Of a stretch of 64,000 nt of DNA, positions 59,781 through 64,000 are shown piece after piece. Each line of letters begins with the position of its first letter. The first letter of the stretch is position 1. The notes beneath the pieces were generated by a model that was given only the letters and a program-made list of their open reading frames with translations, was not told the origin of the DNA and searched no databases. The stretch spans positions 2,528,001 to 2,592,000 of the forward strand of contig CAWHIJ010000003.1 in NCBI GenBank assembly GCA_963829525.1, in the 5' to 3' direction. The stretch is from an uncultured Actinomycetota bacterium (GTDB taxonomy: Bacteria > Actinomycetota > Actinomycetes > JAHEKZ01). The position numbers were made by a program, and so were the translations under genes.

Positions 59781-62378
59781 TCAGCGCGCCGCTAACGGCG
59801 CGGGGAGCACCCCTCCAGTGCGGATGGCCCTTTCGGACCTTTCTTTTGGGACCTGACCGTAGGTCGTGGTCCGCTGCCGCGCCGGGCGTCCGACATCGGC
59901 AGCCCAGGCAACCAGTTCGGACACCGCTGTGGCCGAGCCGTGAGAGCTCCCGGCCATCCGGCTGATGGTCTCCTCCATGAGCGTCCCGCCGAGGTCGTCG
60001 ACTCCGGCACCGAGCATGGTCTGGACACCGGTCGCGCCGAGCTTGACCCACGAGACCTGAATGTGGTCGATCCGACCGTGCAGCAGCAGCCGGGCCACCG
60101 CATGCACGGCCCTCGTCTCCGCAGCGGTCGGGCCCGCGCGGCCGATCCCGGCGAGGTAGAGCGGCGCTGACTGGTGGACGAACGGCAGCGGCACGAACTC
60201 GGTGAAGCCACCGACCCCCCTCGTCTTGGCCTTGTCCTGCACAGCCGCGAGCACCCGGAGATGCGTGAGCCAGTGGTCGGGACGATCGACGTGGCCGTAC
60301 ATCATCGTGCTGCTGGTGGGCAGCCCCAGCCGGTGCGCGGACTCGACCACCTCGACCCAGGTCGCGGTCGGCAGCTTGCCCTTGGTCAGCACCCAGCGCA
60401 CGTCGTCGTCGAGGATCTCCGCGGCGGTGCCGGGAAGTGACCCAAGACCGGCCTCCTGCAGCGCCGCCAAGAACTCCGGGATCGACGTCCCGGCATGAGC
60501 TGCCCCCGTTGCCACCTCCATCGGGCTGAACGCGTGGACGTGCATCTCCGGGAGCGCTGCCTTGATGGCGCGGACCAGGTCGAAGTAGTGCGACGCCGGG
60601 ATCTGCGGGTCGATGCCGCCCTGCATGCAGACCTCGGTGGCGCCGAGCTCCCAAGCCTCCTCTGCCCGCGTCGCGACTTCGTCGATGGAGAGCGAGTACG
60701 CGTCGGCATCGGAGCGACGCTGGGCGAAAGCGCAGAACCGGCAGCCGGTGTAGCAGACGTTGGTGAAGTTGATGTTGCGGTTGACGACGTAGGTGACCTC
60801 GTCGCCGACCACGTCGCGACGCAGGTCGTCGGCGATAGCAGCCACGGCGTCGAGGTCGGCATCCTCGGCCGCCAGGATCGCCAGCGCTAGTCGTTCGTTC
60901 TCGGGATGGAGCAGCGCGGCCGGATCAGTCTCGGCAACGCGGAGCGCGTCCCGGACGTCGGCGGCCATCCGGCTCGCGGCCGGGGAGCTCGCGGCCGGGG
61001 AGCTCGCGGCCACCGCATCCCACGAACCGAAGGCGTCGTCGAAGTCGCTGCGCACCGCCTGACCTGCGCCCTTCGATGTCGATGCTGGCGTGCAGGTCGA
61101 CGCGCCCCAAGTCATCCAGTCGATCCGGCTCCTGCCAGGGCAGCCCGCTCGGCCGAACCCCTTCTCGGGCGAGGCCGCCGTCGTCGGCGAGCGCGTCGAC
61201 GTGCGGCTGCACACGGGGGTCGAGCCAAGGCTCACCGCGCTGCGCGTAGGAAGGATGGACGGTGAGCCGCTCGCGCAGCACGAACCCCGGCCTCGCCGTC
61301 TGGTGAGCCAGGACCTGCAGGTGCGGCCAGGGCCGCTCCGGGTTGACGTGGTCGGGAGTCAGCGGGCTGACCCCTCCCCAGTCGTCGACCCCGGCAGCGA
61401 GCAGCCTCGGCAGCACATCGAGGTCGGAGAGGTTGGGCGGCACCTGGACCCGCATGGACGGGCCGAGCACCACCCGCGCGACCGCGACCGTCGCGAGGTA
61501 GTCGTCGGCTCCCGCATCAGCGGCGCTGGCCATCGCGGTGCCGGGCTTGGCCCGGAAGTTCTGGACGATGACCTCCTGCACGTGGCCATGGCGCGATGAG
61601 CCGACCGCATGGCGAGCAGCGACTCAGCGCGCTCGACGAGCGTCTCGCCGATCCCGACCAGCACCCCGGTGGTGAACGGGACCGACAGCCGGCCGGCGTC
61701 CTCGAGCACCCTGAGCCGCACCGCAGGCTCCTTGTCGGGCGACCCGTGGTGCGGCGCCCCGGGCTCAGACCACAGCCGGTTGCTGGTCGTCTCGAGCATC
61801 AGACCCATCGACGGCGCGACCGGCTTGAGGCGAAGGAGCTCGTCCCACGTCATGACGCCAGGGTTCAGGTGCGGCAGCAGCCCGGTCTCCTCGAGCACCA
61901 GAACCGCCATCGCGCGGACGTAGTCCAGGGTGGTGTCGTAGCCGGCTTCGTCGAGCCAGGCACGTGCCTGGGGCCAGCGCTCCTCCGGGCGGTCGCCCAG
62001 GGTGAACAGCGCCTCCTTGCACTCGTCAGCGGCCCCGCTGCGCGCGATCGCCAGCACCTCGTCGGGCGACAGGTACGGCGCAGGCAGCTCCCTGGGGGCA
62101 GCGGCGAACGTGCAGTAGTGGCACCGGTCTCGGCAGAGCCGGGTCAGTGGGATGAAGACCTTGCGCGAGTACGTGATGACTCCGGGGCGTCCAGCATCTG
62201 CGAGCCCGCGGTCGCGCAGATTCGACGCCACGCGCATCAGGGCATCGAGCTCGGAACCTCGGGCTGCCATGAGCGCGGCAGCCTCCTGCGCATCAAGCTC
62301 CTTGCCCTGTTCGGCTCGACGGAGCGCCCGGCCGGTCTCTGTCGCAGTCGGCCAATGTTCGGACTTTGGGGGAGGCAT
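59781..62378 (-). CDS. fbiC: Bifunctional FO synthase CofG-CofH; two compensating frameshifts (~61592, ~61060)
   Basis: Radical SAM motifs CRDRCHYC and [35 protein letters not shown], spread over three consecutive ORFs. Confidence 0.9.
60972..61011. repeat. ~2.7 x 15-bp tandem repeat (GCTCGCGGCCGGGGA) in the CofG-CofH linker
   Basis: Encodes [13 protein letters not shown]. Confidence 0.85.
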
Positions 62379-62495
62379 CTGCCGAGAGTACGTCAGCGTT
62401 CGGTAAGGACCTCGTCATCGCTTTGCCCTCGGATCACCGGCCGCCCCTGCCTAGCGTCGGGGTGCCCACTTGAAATCCTCGTTCTAAGGAATCCC

Positions 62496-62912
62496 ATGAA
62501 CATGTCCCAGATCGCGGCCGCAGCTGCCGCGATGGTTCTGACCGCTGCCCCACTGGCGGTCGCGTTGCCTGCCCAGGCAGACAGCAGCAACCCCCAAGGT
62601 GCCAACTTCGGAAAGCTCTACTACGACGGGTCCGTTGTCCGAACCGTTGCCACCCCGACGAGCCAGCCTGGACAAGGCGTTGACGCGATCTACCCAGTCA
62701 CCGACGGAGTCCCCGGGCAGCTGGCCGTGACCTCGGCCGCACCCGGCGACAACTACCACGGTGGCCGCTGGGCCGTGAACGTCGTCAGCTGGAACACGTC
62801 GCCTTACCTACTGACCTCTGATGAGGCAGTACTGGAGGCAGCCGAGGCCGGCCACGTGACTATCACCCGGATGCCAGTCGCAGACTTCGTCTGCCCGGTC
62901 GCCGGTCGCTGA
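62496..62912 (+). CDS. Small secreted hypothetical protein (138 aa)
   Basis: AAGGA RBS + ATG 62496; signal peptide ending AQA-D; mature part APGDNYHGGRW...FVCPV. Confidence 0.8.
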   Translation: MNMSQIAAAAAAMVLTAAPLAVALPAQADSSNPQGANFGKLYYDGSVVRTVATPTSQPGQGVDAIYPVTDGVPGQLAVTSAAPGDNYHGGRWAVNVVSWNTSPYLLTSDEAVLEAAEAGHVTITRMPVADFVCPVAGR

Positions 62913-62958
62913 CCGCGGAGGAGGGGTGCTCACGGCCATGCACACGTACGCTGGCGCC

Positions 62959-63720
62959 GTGAGCACCCCCTCGGACTCGACCTTGCCGTCGATTCCGGCG
63001 CCCGTTGCTTCCCCAGCAACGGTGCTCGTGGTCGATGACGACCACACTGTGGCCGAGGTGGTGGTCACGTATCTCGATCGAGCCGGCCTGCGGGCCGTCC
63101 ACGTCAGCGACGGTGGGTCGGCGTTGTCGGCCTTCGAGGCGGAGTCTCCTGACCTGGTGGTGCTCGACCTCATGCTGCCCGACCTCGACGGGCTCGAAGT
63201 CTGCCGACGACTACGTGCAACATCGGACGTTCCCGTCATCATGCTCACCGCACTCGGTGGCGAGGTTGACCGTGTCCTAGGGCTCGAGGTGGGTGCCGAC
63301 GACTACGTGACCAAGCCGTTCAGTCCACGCGAGCTCGTGTTACGCGTGCAGTCGGTGCTGCGCCGCTCGGTGAAGGAATCCGGCGGTCCGGCGGCACCTC
63401 TCCACGATCTGGTGTTGCGCGACGGCGACCTCGTACTCGACACCAGGGCGCACACCGCCAGGCGCGGCGGAGAGACGCTCCCCCTGACGGGCCGCGAATT
63501 CGACCTTCTCGCGTTCCTTCTGTCCAACCCGGGGCGCGCATTCACCAGAGCTGAGCTGATGGAGCAGGTCTGGGGCTGGTCGTTCGGCGACCAGTCGACG
63601 GTAACCGTGCACGTCAGGAGGCTTCGCGAGAAGATCGAGCCGGTTCCCACCACTCCCACCCGGCTGATGACCGTGTGGGGCGTCGGCTACCGCTGGGATC
63701 ACGTCAAGGGAGCTCTGTGA
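62959..63720 (+). CDS. OmpR-family response regulator
   Basis: VLVVDDD, VLDLMLP, GADDYVTKPF, TVTVHVRRLREKIE...VWGVGY; TACGCT -10 six nt upstream of GTG. Confidence 0.94.
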   Translation: MSTPSDSTLPSIPAPVASPATVLVVDDDHTVAEVVVTYLDRAGLRAVHVSDGGSALSAFEAESPDLVVLDLMLPDLDGLEVCRRLRATSDVPVIMLTALGGEVDRVLGLEVGADDYVTKPFSPRELVLRVQSVLRRSVKESGGPAAPLHDLVLRDGDLVLDTRAHTARRGGETLPLTGREFDLLAFLLSNPGRAFTRAELMEQVWGWSFGDQSTVTVHVRRLREKIEPVPTTPTRLMTVWGVGYRWDHVKGAL

Positions 63721-64000
63721 AGCCCTGGGCTGCGGTCGCCGTCACGGCCATCGCCAGCAGCGCCGTCGTCGGCGCGATCGGGCTCCTCCTCCTGCACCTG
63801 CTGGGACGCCGGTCGGCTCGTACACTCGCATGGCTGGCGCCGGTCACCGCGGTGCTCGCCGTGGTGGTGGGGGTAGTGGCCACCGCGCGGCGGATGTTCC
63901 TTTCCTCACACGATCTGGGCGTCGTGCTCGTGGTGTGTGGCGCGGCCGGGGTGGTGGCGGTGGGCATCGGGCTCCTCCTGGCACGGCGAGTCGACCAGAT
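63717..64000 (+). CDS. Probable sensor histidine kinase, N-terminal membrane part only (truncated by window)
   Basis: GTGA overlap with the regulator stop; MKPWAAVAV... three hydrophobic segments, MFLSSHDL; kinase motifs not visible. Confidence 0.7.
   Translation, partial: MKPWAAVAVTAIASSAVVGAIGLLLLHLLGRRSARTLAWLAPVTAVLAVVVGVVATARRMFLSSHDLGVVLVVCGAAGVVAVGIGLLLARRVDQ

Noticed and set aside
61596-62495. N-terminal ~300 aa of the 438-aa plus-strand ORF
   Set aside because: Mostly the antisense shadow of fbiC; the real gene starts at ATG 62496 with an RBS and signal peptide

Overview
High-GC actinobacterial chromosomal window, mostly conserved core genome. Order: ftsX(partial)-ftsE, an LPXTG surface protein with a duplicated unrecognised domain, prfB, an orphan adenine methyltransferase, a Tad/Flp pilus module, class II amidotransferase, PLP desulfurase-like enzyme, large NAD-GDH, pruA, WS/DGAT, HAD, CpaE-like/SAF pair, HTH_17 regulator, Rv3235-family gene, secA, GNATs flanking a broken DUF222/HNH element, ycaQ, NarL-type regulator, hpf, comF, lpqB-mtrB-mtrA, a MoxR/DUF58/DUF4350/DUF4129/SpoIIM/RDD block, ahcY, CDF transporter, PGI/PMI, PMM, GT2, whiB, frameshifted fbiC, a secreted protein and a two-component pair cut by the window end. 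I saw no rRNA, tRNA, CRISPR array, integrase or transposase. The best candidate for an under-described system is a dispersed Tad-pilus/ComF putative competence regulon. It is linked by shared non-coding motifs: a DnaA-box-like element near the -10 hexamers, a repeated TCACCGAACG 10-mer, and 10-bp-phased repeats near a BldC-like HTH_17 gene. Several single-base frameshifts (about 25.1, 28.7-30.9 and 61-61.6 kb) may be assembly errors. All family assignments come from reading motifs and synteny by eye; no database searches were run.
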